DNA of 64,000 nucleotides from Verrucomicrobiales bacterium (GCA_038126235.1 JAYPFK010000011.1:81863-145862); one strand, 5' to 3'; positions 40,201 to 48,572 are shown, counted from the first letter of the stretch. Notes: generated by a model not told the origin, from the sequence alone. A program made the numbers and translations.

Positions 40201-40382
40201 TCCTCGCCGCGCTTTACGAGAACCACAAGAAGAAGTACGCAGCCGATGAAGAGGCGGCGAAGGCCCTGCTCAGCGCCGGCGAATACGACCGGCCCGCCGA
40301 CCTGCCCATCGCCGAGTCCGCCGCCTGGACCTCGGTGGCGAGGGCGATTCTGAATCTGCACGAAACGATTTCGCGATACTGA
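37290..40382 (+). CDS. PSCyt1/DUF1549/DUF1553 (PSD1) family protein
   Basis: Signal peptide, then CxxCH (SDACFQCHGPD). Motifs PVDFFIRARLEQEGLQP and GCAECHDHKFDP. A central beta-sandwich-like insert. DUF1553-type C-terminus (HPELLDWMAVDF...SREECTAERPVSNTPLQAL). Confidence 0.9.
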   Translation: MRRTVFVLLTAALSGVASASSAPSDVIQFNRDIRPLLSDACFQCHGPDKNSRKAKLRLDLEQEAKADRKGHASIVPGDPMASESYLRMITDDEDDLMPPKESGKSLTPDEIALIRKWIEQGAPWQGHWSFIRPERPAIPPVADTEWPQSPVDFFIRARLEQEGLQPSSEADRRTLIRRVTFDLTGLPPTPDEVDAFLADRDPNAFEKVVDRLLRSPRYGERMAMAWLDLVRYADTVGYHGDQDFSVWPYRDYVIRAFNDNMPFDRFTREQLAGDLLPNPTRDQQVASGYNRLLMITAEGGAQDKEYLAKYAADRVRTTAVTWLGATMGCAECHDHKFDPYTMEDFYSLESFFADLDEKGFYGGANRDGRWGPSMQLPSPEEADRLKQYDNEIARLEGVLNTQTPELDKAQREWEQRFRDLHARLELAWRPLKPVDAKAEKGAVLHRNPNYSIRAFGDQVTHDNFTVTLETDRELITGLMLETLPSGKGDQKKVGMNSGNFILTGFEVEALAPGADKPANVKLSSAVADYSQKGFEIAKAIDGKKDTGWAVDGHTKKETRKAVFTFAQPVKAGPGTKLIVRLKHESKQKNHVIGRFRVSVSSAERPTFDKFAMPLKRWQIVRADEKERTPEQKVELAKHFRSITPQLDPARAELAKQQRERAAFDKAIPTTLVSRQRESPRPIRILPRGNWLDESGQVVTPATPRFLGGPRSGGKTRLTRLDLADWLVSRDNPLTARVFVNRLWRQYFGVGLSKNLDDLGAQGEAPSHPELLDWMAVDFMDSGWNVKRAVKQIVMSATYRQSSKGSPALDERDPYNRLLARQARIRLDAEVVRDNALAISGLLVEKLGGKSVKPYQPADYYAQLNFPKRTYKHDSGQNQYRRGLYTHWQRTFLHPMLKAFDAPSREECTAERPVSNTPLQALTLLNDPSYVEAARVFAERVIREGGDSVDAKLAFAYQTALARKPEDAERKLLAALYENHKKKYAADEEAAKALLSAGEYDRPADLPIAESAAWTSVARAILNLHETISRY

Positions 40383-40464
40383 GGCGGTAGATTGCGCTGA
40401 TGAAGAATCTCAAATCCCAAGCTCCGAGTTCCAAAGAAGCCGGCCGCCTTGGCGCGAGCGCGTT

Positions 40465-40586
40465 GGCAGTCAGGGCGAACCCACCCCGATTCTGCCGCTC
40501 GAATCCGACTTCGTCGGCGCAACAAAATATCCCCTCCCGCGAAGCTATGAGGAGGATGGAATCGGGGTGGGTTCGCAGGGACTGGC
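40465..40586. repeat. Long hairpin element in the PSD-DUF1501 intergenic region
   Basis: 40465-40492 GGCAGTCAGGGCGAACCCACCCCGATTC and 40559-40586 GAATCGGGGTGGGTTCGCAGGGACTGGC match at 24/28 as reverse complements, including a 16-nt perfect core. The loop is 66 nt. The element ends 32 nt before the ATG at 40618, whose SD is AGGAGA. Confidence 0.75.
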
Positions 40587-40617
40587 AATGCGTTTCCGAT
40601 TCTGACAGGAGAACACC

Positions 40618-42060
40618 ATGAACACCCCCAACCCCGACCACCTCCGCTCCCTGAATCGCCGCTCCTTTCTCGCGCGCTCCGGCGCGGGCGTTGGGTCTGC
40701 GGCTCTGGCTTCACTGATGGATCCGGGCCTCTTCGCCAAAGACGCCAAGTCCGCCGCCGATTCCCGCTGGACCGGCATCATCAAGAAGCCGCACTACCCG
40801 CGCCGCTGCAAACGCGTGATCCATCTCTGCATGGCCGGCGGCATGACGCACCTGGAGACCTTCGATTACAAGAAGGTCCTCGCCGAAATGAACGGCAAGC
40901 CCATGCCGGAATCCATGACCAAGGGCCAGCCCATCGCGCAGCTCCAGGGCCGCGAACTCAAGTGCATGGGACCACAGCACGAGTTCAAGAACTACGGGCA
41001 GTCCGGGCAGCACATGACGACGCTGTTCCCGAACATTGGCAAGGTCGCCGACGACGTCTGCATCGTCCGCTCCCTGCACACCGAACAGATCAATCACGAC
41101 CCCGCCCACACCTACATGAACACCGGAGCTCTTGTCTCCGGACGTCCCAGCATGGGTTCCTGGCTGCTTTACGGCATCGGCGCCGAGGCGGACGAACTTC
41201 CCGGATTCGTGGTCCTGACCTCGCTCGGCAAGGGCGGCCAGGCCCAGCCCATCGCCGCGCGCCAGTGGCACAGCGGCTTCCTGCCCAGCAATTTCCAGGG
41301 CGTGCAGTTCCATTCCAAGGGTGACCCGGTGCATTACGTCGGTTCGCCGAGGGGCGTCGATCGCGCGGGGCAACGCGATGTGGTGGACACCGTCAACTCC
41401 CTGAACCGCGTCCTGCAGAGCTCCATCGATGATCCCGAGATTGCCACGCGCATCAGCCAGTATGAGATGGCCTTCAAGATGCAGGCCAGCGTCCCGGACC
41501 TCATGGACACGTCCAAGGAGCCGCAGAGCATTCTGGATCTATACGGGGCCAAGCCCGGCGATGGCTCTTACGCCTCCAACTGCCTCCTCGCCCGGCGTCT
41601 CGCCGAGCGCGGGGTGCGCTTCATCCAGCTTTACCACCGCTCCTGGGACCATCATGGCGACGTGAAGGGCAAGATGAAGGTCAGCGCCAAGGAGGTCGAT
41701 CAGGCCACCATGGCGCTGATCATGGATCTCAAGCAACGCGGCATGCTGGACGAGACCCTGATCATCTTCGGCAGCGAATTCGGCCGCACGCCGATGGCGC
41801 AGGGCAGCGGGCGCGACCACCACATCAAGGGCTTCTCCATGATGCTGGCCGGCGGCGGCATCAAGCCCGGTTCCAGCTTCGGCGCCACCGACGACTTCGG
41901 CTACAACGCCGTCCAGGACAAGGTCCACGTGAGCGACCTCCACGCCACGATGCTCTACCTCCTCGGGATCGAGCACACCAAGCTCACCTACCGTTTTCAG
42001 GGCTTGGACTTTCGCCTGACCGGCGTCGCGGGGAATGTCCTGAAACCGCTGGTGGCGTGA
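40618..42060 (+). CDS. DUF1501 family protein (TAT signal)
   Basis: TAT signal SLNRRSFLARSGAGVGSAALASLM. Motifs MAGGMTHLETFDYKK and GSEFGRTP...GRDHHI. Good SD (AGGAGA) 6 nt upstream. Confidence 0.9.
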   Translation: MNTPNPDHLRSLNRRSFLARSGAGVGSAALASLMDPGLFAKDAKSAADSRWTGIIKKPHYPRRCKRVIHLCMAGGMTHLETFDYKKVLAEMNGKPMPESMTKGQPIAQLQGRELKCMGPQHEFKNYGQSGQHMTTLFPNIGKVADDVCIVRSLHTEQINHDPAHTYMNTGALVSGRPSMGSWLLYGIGAEADELPGFVVLTSLGKGGQAQPIAARQWHSGFLPSNFQGVQFHSKGDPVHYVGSPRGVDRAGQRDVVDTVNSLNRVLQSSIDDPEIATRISQYEMAFKMQASVPDLMDTSKEPQSILDLYGAKPGDGSYASNCLLARRLAERGVRFIQLYHRSWDHHGDVKGKMKVSAKEVDQATMALIMDLKQRGMLDETLIIFGSEFGRTPMAQGSGRDHHIKGFSMMLAGGGIKPGSSFGATDDFGYNAVQDKVHVSDLHATMLYLLGIEHTKLTYRFQGLDFRLTGVAGNVLKPLVA

Positions 42061-42069
42061 CCACCCGAA

Positions 42070-42091
42070 GGACGGGCATCCCTGCCCGTCC
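42070..42091 (+). terminator. GC stem-loop just after the DUF1501 stop (no U-tract)
   Basis: GGACGGGCA-TCCC-TGCCCGTCC is a 9-bp perfect stem starting 10 nt after the stop. The lack of a T-run makes terminator function uncertain. Confidence 0.35.
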
Positions 42092-42152
42092 CCGGCATGG
42101 CACACCGACACTCACTTGAACGGGCGAACTTCGCGCAAGGCCTCCCCGACCA

Positions 42153-42192
42153 ATAAAAACCGCGCGCAGGCCGTTCCAACTGCGAAGCGCGG
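42153..42192 (-). terminator. Putative intrinsic terminator of the minus-strand sigma/anti-sigma/LTXXQ operon
   Basis: On the minus strand: CCGCGC(TTC)GCAG-loop-CTGCGCGCGG followed by TTTTTATTG, about 108 nt downstream of the stop at 42300. Confidence 0.45.
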
Positions 42193-42299
42193 AATTGAAT
42201 CCGCGCCAACGCTGGGTGGAGTCGCGCCGGGAAATGTCGAAAGCCCAGGTTGTCGGAGGTTGATGGGGAATGAACTCCGCGCTCCGTTCAACGCGGCGG

Positions 42300-42788
42300 T
42301 CAGTTCTTCGCGCCGGGGCGCACGCGCATGCGCATACGCTCGTGCAGCATGCGCTCGAAACGCCGCCGCTGTTCGGGACTGAGCACGGCGCGCACCTCCT
42401 CGTTGACGAGGCGCAGTTCCGTGCGAATATCCGGACCGATGCGTTGGGAAATCCGCTGCACGCGTTCCTGCCGCTCGCGGAGGATCCGGTCGATTTCAAG
42501 TCGCTGCTCCTCGCTGAGATCGAGTTGACGGCTTGCGCGCAAGAGGAAATCCACCCTCGCCTTGGCGGCCCATTCAAGGCCCTGCCGGATCGGCGCGGGT
42601 CGGGAAGGCTCTACAGGGGCGGCCGGTTCAACGACGCGCTTGCCCCCGTCTTCAGGCGCGGGAGCCAGACCGGCGCGGGCGGCCGGGGGATTCGCGCGGT
42701 AGACGTGACTCACCACGAGGCCGCCGGTGATGACGCCGCAGGCGAAGATGGCCAGGGCCGCAAAGACGACGTTCCAATACTTCACCAC
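42300..42788 (-). CDS. Periplasmic LTXXQ-motif protein (Spy/CpxP-like)
   Basis: N-terminal TM/signal anchor VVFAALAIFACGVITGGLVV. Two LTXXQ-like motifs (LDLSEEQRLEIDRIL and LSPEQRRRFERML). GTG start at 42788 or 42785 overlapping the upstream stop (GTGGTGA). Confidence 0.7.
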   Translation of the reverse strand: MVKYWNVVFAALAIFACGVITGGLVVSHVYRANPPAARAGLAPAPEDGGKRVVEPAAPVEPSRPAPIRQGLEWAAKARVDFLLRASRQLDLSEEQRLEIDRILRERQERVQRISQRIGPDIRTELRLVNEEVRAVLSPEQRRRFERMLHERMRMRVRPGAKN

Positions 42789-43105
42789 GACTCCTCCCCC
42801 TCGCTGAGTCCGGCCAGGGGAGCCAGCACGATCTGGTCCAATTCGCTCAGGCCGACTTCGGCGCGCATGTCGACGGGAGGCGCCGGCGCGAGAACGCGGG
42901 TCCAGACCGCCAAAGCCAACGCCAGCGCAGCGAACGGAATCGACGCGCGCCAGAGAACCCGCCCCCACAGGCGGGCGGGATCAACCGTCGGCAGGGCCCG
43001 CAGTCGCGCCATGATGCGCTGTTCAAAGGCATACGGCGTCCGTTCGTCCGCGGGTTGCGAACAAACCGCCTCGATGAGCCGTTGATAGAGTTGTTCCATT
43101 TTCAT
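42782..43105 (-). CDS. Putative anti-sigma factor (single-pass membrane protein)
   Basis: Small ORF immediately after an ECF sigma gene. Has one TM helix (IPFAALALALAVWTRVL). No family motif recognised. Start at ATG 43105 (SD-like GGGAGA upstream) or GTG 43141. Confidence 0.55.
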   Translation of the reverse strand: MKMEQLYQRLIEAVCSQPADERTPYAFEQRIMARLRALPTVDPARLWGRVLWRASIPFAALALALAVWTRVLAPAPPVDMRAEVGLSELDQIVLAPLAGLSEGEESW

Positions 43106-43148
43106 CGGTCTGCCTGTTCTCCCGCAGACGGGGCGGGTCACAAGAGGG

Positions 43149-43724
43149 TTACAAATACTTTTCCCGAGAAATCCGCTCCAAGATCTTCCGCATCTTGCCG
43201 CGCGCCCGGAAGGCCCGGACCTTGACCAGCGAGATCGACCAGCCGGTCAGGTCCGCGATCTCCTTCACGCTCCTCCGCTCGATGTCCAGCAGCGTGATCA
43301 CCATCCGGTCCGCCGCCGGGAGCTGGCTCAACAGCCGCTCGACCAGGGCGCGCGCGGCCTCGGCGTCGCCCGGTTCATCGGAAGGGGCGCTGACGACAGA
43401 ATCCAGCCAGCGGTCCTCCTCGTCGGTCAACTCGGCGAGCGGGGTCTCGCGGTTGCGCTGGTGTTTGCGCAGGAAGTCGTAGCAGGTGCGCACGGCGACT
43501 CGCATGAGCCAGTGTTCGAAGGGGGCGTCGGCGCGGAAGCCGGACAGCTTCTGGAAAGCCTTGATGAACACCTCCTGAACGATGTCCTCCACCTCGCTTT
43601 CCCGGCGGGCATAGCGTCGGGCGGTCGCGAAGACTCGCGGTTGGTACTTTCGGACGAGCGGCTCGAAGGAAGACTCATCGCCCTGCAACACCGCGGCGAT
43701 GAGTTCGGCGTCCGGCACGTCCAT
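43149..43724 (-). CDS. ECF-type RNA polymerase sigma-70 factor
   Basis: Region 2 (FEPLVRKYQPRVFATARRY...DIVQEVFIKAF...FEHWLMRVAVRTCYDFLRK) and region 4 HTH (SVKEIADLTGWSISLVKVRAFRARGKMR). Confidence 0.9.
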   Translation of the reverse strand: MDVPDAELIAAVLQGDESSFEPLVRKYQPRVFATARRYARRESEVEDIVQEVFIKAFQKLSGFRADAPFEHWLMRVAVRTCYDFLRKHQRNRETPLAELTDEEDRWLDSVVSAPSDEPGDAEAARALVERLLSQLPAADRMVITLLDIERRSVKEIADLTGWSISLVKVRAFRARGKMRKILERISREKYL

Positions 43725-43732
43725 GGGCGGAC

Positions 43733-45274
43733 CTATTCCTTCTTCCTCCCGACATCCATTAGGCTGATGATCTTGGTCTGATCGTCGTCGGAAGGCAGCC
43801 CGTAATGCCGCTTGTACTTGAACAACTCGCGGACATTGGTCGACTCGTAAGGGCCGTCGAGGATTTCAAAGTGGTCCGTCGTGACCATGGCCGGGTGCCG
43901 CGCGCCGCAGGCCAGGCTCAGCTTCAACAGCTCCTTCCGGAGGGCGACGATGTAATTGGCCATGCGGACCGCCTTGAGGGTGGGATCGAGACCCCGGACA
44001 AGCCATTTGTTATGGGTCGCCACGCCGGCGGGGCAATGCCCCGTATGACACCGTTGCGCCTGGATGCAGCCGATGGACATCATGGGCTCCCGCGCGACGG
44101 CCACCATGTCGCAACCCAGCCCGAAAGCGAACAGGGCCGTCTCCGGGAAGCCGAGCTTGCCGGAGCCCACGAACGCGACCTTCTCGTGGATGCCCCATTC
44201 GGCGAAGCAGTTGTAGACTCGGGAGAAAGCGTGCTTGAACGGCAGCGAAACATGGTCCGCAAAGACCAGCGGCGCCGCTCCGGTGCCGCCCTCGCCGCCG
44301 TCGATCGCCACGTAGTCCACAGCCCGGCCGGACAGGTCGATGGTCTTGGCCAGGTCATTCCAGAATTCCATCTCGCCGACCGCGGACTTGATCCCCACGG
44401 GCAGGCCGGTCCGCTCCGCCAGCAACTCCACGAAATCCAGCAGGCTGTCCACGTCGTGAAAGGCGCTGTGCCGCGGCGGGCTGATGCAGTCCTTGCCGAC
44501 CGGGATGCCGCGAATCTTCGCGATCTCGGGCGTGACCTTCGCCCCGAGCACCATGCCGCCGAGGCCGGGCTTGGCCCCCTGGCTGAGCTTGATCTCCAGC
44601 GCCTTGATCTGATCGTGCCGCTGGCAGACGTCCACCAGCTTTTCGAGGCTGAACTTTCCGTCCGCCTCGCGGCAACCGAAGTAGCCGGTTCCGATCTGCC
44701 AGATCAGGTCGCCGCCCTTCAGATGATGAGGGGAGACGCCGCCCTCGCCAGTGTTGTGCAGGCAGCCCGCGATCGAGCAACCGCGGTTCATCGCCTCGAC
44801 GGCCGCCCAGCTCAACGAGCCAAAACTCATTGCGGAGACGTTGACGACCGACGCGGGCCGGAATGCCTTCTTTCTGCCGCGAAACCGGCCCAGCTTCTTC
44901 GCGCAGGGCAGCTCGTAGTCCGGGTCGTGGTTCTCCTCCCCAGGCTTGGGCTCGATCAACGGGAAGGCGCTCTGCTTGATGATAAGGTAGTCGCTGGCGT
45001 GCTCGAGATCGTTGTCCGTGCCAAAGCCGAAGTAGCTGTTTTGTTTCTTCGAGGACGCGTAGACCCAACGTCGCTGGTCGCGGGAAAACGGTCGTTCCGA
45101 GTCGTTGTCGGTGACGATGTACTGGCGCAGTTCGGGACCAATGGCCTCGAGGATGTAACGGAAATGGCCGACGACGGGATAGTTGCGCAGGATGGCGTGC
45201 TTGCGCTGGCAAAGGTCGTAAACAGCGACGAGGAGAATAAGGGCGAGGATTCCAATGCCGATCCAGCTCAACAT
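43733..45274 (-). CDS. FMN-binding glutamate synthase family protein (GltB domain-2-like), membrane-anchored
   Basis: N-terminal TM (WIGIGILALILLVAV). Motifs LRNYPVVGHFRYILE, GGEGGTGAAP and CHTGHCPAGVATHN. ATG 45274 preferred over the TTG at 45310. Confidence 0.85.
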   Translation of the reverse strand: MLSWIGIGILALILLVAVYDLCQRKHAILRNYPVVGHFRYILEAIGPELRQYIVTDNDSERPFSRDQRRWVYASSKKQNSYFGFGTDNDLEHASDYLIIKQSAFPLIEPKPGEENHDPDYELPCAKKLGRFRGRKKAFRPASVVNVSAMSFGSLSWAAVEAMNRGCSIAGCLHNTGEGGVSPHHLKGGDLIWQIGTGYFGCREADGKFSLEKLVDVCQRHDQIKALEIKLSQGAKPGLGGMVLGAKVTPEIAKIRGIPVGKDCISPPRHSAFHDVDSLLDFVELLAERTGLPVGIKSAVGEMEFWNDLAKTIDLSGRAVDYVAIDGGEGGTGAAPLVFADHVSLPFKHAFSRVYNCFAEWGIHEKVAFVGSGKLGFPETALFAFGLGCDMVAVAREPMMSIGCIQAQRCHTGHCPAGVATHNKWLVRGLDPTLKAVRMANYIVALRKELLKLSLACGARHPAMVTTDHFEILDGPYESTNVRELFKYKRHYGLPSDDDQTKIISLMDVGRKKE

Positions 45275-45324
45275 GCGCTTCCTTCTAACACGCGAAACCG
45301 CCGCCAGCAACCTGACACCTCGGC

Positions 45325-46089
45325 TCAGACAAAATCCGCATGGCTCGTCCCCAAGGGTTCGGCGATCAACCGGTCCACCACGCCGACCACTTTCCCCACG
45401 ATGGCCTCAAACAGCTCTCCCCCCTTCTCCGGGCTGGCCAGGTCCGGCCGGCCGGTTGCGCCGGCCCGTGTGCGCTGCATCATGTCGCGCGAAACAAACA
45501 GGCCGTCTGCCACGTCAGGCAGCCAACCGCTCTGGTCGGCAATCCGGTCGACGTCCACCAAGTCCGGACGGAGGTGCATGATCATCGAGGTCTCAAACTC
45601 GCAGGCGTGGCCGACAAACCGATCCTCCCCCTCCAAGCCGGCCGCAATCTCCTTTTCCGCGATCGACCAATAGGGCGCGCCGGTCAGAAGGGCTTCGGGA
45701 AACTCGAGCTGCAACTGCCGCAGCGCAACGCGCAAGGGATCGATGTTCCCGCCGTGACCGTTGAGGAACATCAGACGCCGGAAGCCGTCCCGCAGCGGTT
45801 CGCGGACGACCTGCTGGAGCAGATCGATGTAACGGTCCAACGCGACATCCACCGTGGCTCCGAAGCGGACATGATGGCTGCTGGCGCCGGGCCAAAGCGT
45901 GGGCAAAAACAGGACCGACTCCGGCCGGCGGGCCTCGACGGCGGCGGCCACCGCTTCACAGATGATCGTGTCCGTGCCGGTCGGCAGGTGCGGGCCGTGC
46001 TGTTCGACGGCGGCGATGGGCAGAACGAGGAGGGTCCGCCCGCGATCGACGGCCGCAATCCGGGCCGAGGTCATTTCGTGAAACTTCAT
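45325..46089 (-). CDS. Creatininase-family amidohydrolase
   Basis: Motifs LVLPIAAVEQHGPHLPTGTD, NGHGGN and ACEFETS. The ATG overlaps the upstream transporter stop (ATGA at 46086-46089). Confidence 0.85.
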   Translation of the reverse strand: MKFHEMTSARIAAVDRGRTLLVLPIAAVEQHGPHLPTGTDTIICEAVAAAVEARRPESVLFLPTLWPGASSHHVRFGATVDVALDRYIDLLQQVVREPLRDGFRRLMFLNGHGGNIDPLRVALRQLQLEFPEALLTGAPYWSIAEKEIAAGLEGEDRFVGHACEFETSMIMHLRPDLVDVDRIADQSGWLPDVADGLFVSRDMMQRTRAGATGRPDLASPEKGGELFEAIVGKVVGVVDRLIAEPLGTSHADFV

Positions 46090-47681
46090 GGTTGGTTCTC
46101 CGGTTTGTCTTTCTGGGTCCGACGCACGACGACGCGGTAGGTGAGCGGTTCCGGCGCGTCGGCGGGACGCGGTTGCAACAGGCTGATCGGAACGGCGATG
46201 ACGATCGCCAACCCGAAGCCGACCGGCCAGAACCACACCGAGAACCAGTGACTGCACGCGTACATGAGATACAGGGTGATCGAGGCCCCAAACAAGGCGC
46301 CGACAAACACTCCGGCCGGGCTCGCGCGACGGAAGAAGAACGCGAGGACAAACACCGCCAGCAACGGGCCGCCAAAGGCCGCGGTCAACTTCTTGCCGAT
46401 GTCGAAGACATTGCCAAGATCCCCCACGAAACAGGCGAGGGTCACCGAGACCGCCCCGATCAACAGGACCAGCAACCGGATGAAATGCACGTCCCGGGCA
46501 TCCTCCCTGGGTTTCCATTTCGGGAACAACCGGTCGCGAAAATCCACCACGATTGCGGTGGTCACCGAATGCACGCCGGAGTCGATGCTCGACATGATCG
46601 CCGCCAGGAGAGCCGCGAGGAAAAGTCCCACCGCGCCGGGCGGAAAATGCGCCCGCACGAAGTTCGGCATGGCGCGGTCGGTCAGGTGGGTTTCCCGCAC
46701 GGCGTCGTCCCACCGGCCGCCGGATTCGAGGACGATCGGGCTCTCCGGGTTGTCCCGGTTGTACTGTTCGACAACCGGCGCCAACTGGTCCGGGTGTTGG
46801 CCGTAGTGGGCGTAGAGGCCGACGCCGGTCAGCAGCAATCCCGGGATCACCACCCACATGCCGAGCAGGTTGATCCACGCGCCGGTCTGGGCCGTCTTTT
46901 CCGACTTCGCGGCGAGGTAACGCTGCACCGCGACCTGGTCCGCCCCAAAGGCGGACACGGATTCGAGAAAGATGCCGATCAGGATGATCCAACTCCCGTA
47001 TTGCAACGTCATGGAGGGCGTGAAATCGAACAGCACGTGGTCGCGCCCCTCGAAATAGGCGCTGAAGATCTCCCCGACGCCCAGACCGCTCTTCGCGACC
47101 AACAGGACCAACGCGATGAGGATGGTCAGGGCGAAGATGAAAAACTGCATCACGTCCGTCCACATCACCGCGCGCAGGCCGCCGATCATGGTGTAGGCGA
47201 TCGCGAAGGCCCCCAACGTCAGGATCACCGCCACCTGCGGCACCCCGGCCACGCCGGCGACCACCACCGAGGCCGCAAAGGTGGCCGACGCCATCCAGCC
47301 GATGCGCAACAGCACAAACAGGCCGCTGGCGAGGCAGCGGACCGAGACGTGAAACCGCTTCTCCAGGTACTCGTAGGCGGTGGCGCAATCCAAGCGGGCA
47401 AAGATCGGGATGAACACGAAGACGATGACCGGGGTCATCAGGGTGAAGGCGATCAACGACAGGCCGATCCGCAGGTTGCCGCCGAAAGCCGCCGAGGGAT
47501 AGAAGACGAAGCTGTTCGAGGAGAACAGCGTCGCCATCACGCTCAGGCCGACGGTGAGCCAGCCCATCTGCCCGCTGGCGCGGAAGAACTCACGGCGCGA
47601 CTGATGCCGCCCAAAGAAGACCCCGATGCCGAGGGTGATCAGCAGGTAGACGACAACGACCGCGATGTCGAGGGGACGCAT
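46086..47681 (-). CDS. Sodium:solute symporter (SSS) family transporter
   Basis: 531 aa with about 13 hydrophobic segments. N-terminal pattern VVVVYLLITLGIGVFFGR...FFRASGQMGWL is typical of SSS proteins. Confidence 0.85.
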   Translation of the reverse strand: MRPLDIAVVVVYLLITLGIGVFFGRHQSRREFFRASGQMGWLTVGLSVMATLFSSNSFVFYPSAAFGGNLRIGLSLIAFTLMTPVIVFVFIPIFARLDCATAYEYLEKRFHVSVRCLASGLFVLLRIGWMASATFAASVVVAGVAGVPQVAVILTLGAFAIAYTMIGGLRAVMWTDVMQFFIFALTILIALVLLVAKSGLGVGEIFSAYFEGRDHVLFDFTPSMTLQYGSWIILIGIFLESVSAFGADQVAVQRYLAAKSEKTAQTGAWINLLGMWVVIPGLLLTGVGLYAHYGQHPDQLAPVVEQYNRDNPESPIVLESGGRWDDAVRETHLTDRAMPNFVRAHFPPGAVGLFLAALLAAIMSSIDSGVHSVTTAIVVDFRDRLFPKWKPREDARDVHFIRLLVLLIGAVSVTLACFVGDLGNVFDIGKKLTAAFGGPLLAVFVLAFFFRRASPAGVFVGALFGASITLYLMYACSHWFSVWFWPVGFGLAIVIAVPISLLQPRPADAPEPLTYRVVVRRTQKDKPENQP

Positions 47682-47744
47682 CCGGGCAGCCTCGTCGCGG
47701 TTCAGATCAGGCGGGATGGCATCGTGTCGCCGACGGCTCCGGGA

Positions 47745-48422
47745 TCATTTCAACTCCCGGATGCGGATGTTGCGCCAACGGACCTCGTAGGGGCCGGTTC
47801 CCTTCTTGATGCCGTGGACCTGCAGCCCGATGAAGCCCGAGGTGTCCATGTCGTCCTTGAAGTCGGCGCACTTGACGCCGTTCACCCAGGACTGGATGTG
47901 GTTGCCCTCGGCGCGGATGCGATACTTGTTCCATTTCCCGTCCTTGAACGCCTTCTTCCCCTCGTCGGAAAGCTCGGTGTGCCACTTCGTCCAGCGGCCC
48001 TCGTCCCAGAAGTTGCCGGAAACGCCCTTGGCTCCCTGGGCGATTTCGCACTGGTAGCCATAGACCTCGCCCTTTTCACGGATGCGCTTGGGCTGGGACG
48101 CCTGCGGCGTGGCCTTCTCATAGACGTGGCTGCGGATCTGGATGCCGGAGTTCAGCTTCGGGTCGCACTTGACCTCCAGCTCCAGCTCGAAATCGGCGTA
48201 GTCCTTCGTGGTGGAGAGGAAGGTGTTCTTGGAGCCCTCCGCCGTCTTGCCCACAATGCAGCCGTCCTCCACGCGGTAGGTGGCGAATCCGCCTTTCGTC
48301 TCAAATCCCTCGATCTTCTTCCCGTCGAACAGGGAGACCCACTTCCCTCCCTTCTTGTCGGCGGCGGAAGCGTTCAGGGCGAGGGTGGAAACGGCGAGGA
48401 GGGCGAGGATCGTTCTTTTCAT
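47745..48422 (-). CDS. DUF1080 (3-keto-disaccharide hydrolase family) secreted protein
   Basis: Signal peptide. Motifs WVSLFDGKKIEGF, YADFELELEV...NSGIQIRS, WNKYRIRAEGNHIQSWVNG and GFIGLQVHG...VRWRNIRIREL. Start at ATG 48422. Confidence 0.85.
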   Translation of the reverse strand: MKRTILALLAVSTLALNASAADKKGGKWVSLFDGKKIEGFETKGGFATYRVEDGCIVGKTAEGSKNTFLSTTKDYADFELELEVKCDPKLNSGIQIRSHVYEKATPQASQPKRIREKGEVYGYQCEIAQGAKGVSGNFWDEGRWTKWHTELSDEGKKAFKDGKWNKYRIRAEGNHIQSWVNGVKCADFKDDMDTSGFIGLQVHGIKKGTGPYEVRWRNIRIRELK

Positions 48423-48572
48423 GGGGCTCCGGAATGAGGGATTGAATCTGTCTTCGGGTTGAACGTGGAATTGGATCGCCGAGCCACGCCGGAAATTCAA
48501 GGAGATTGAGCGCCGTTGTTCGGAGGATTCAGATTGCCAAACCGGCGGCGCGACGGGACAACCGACGCTCAC

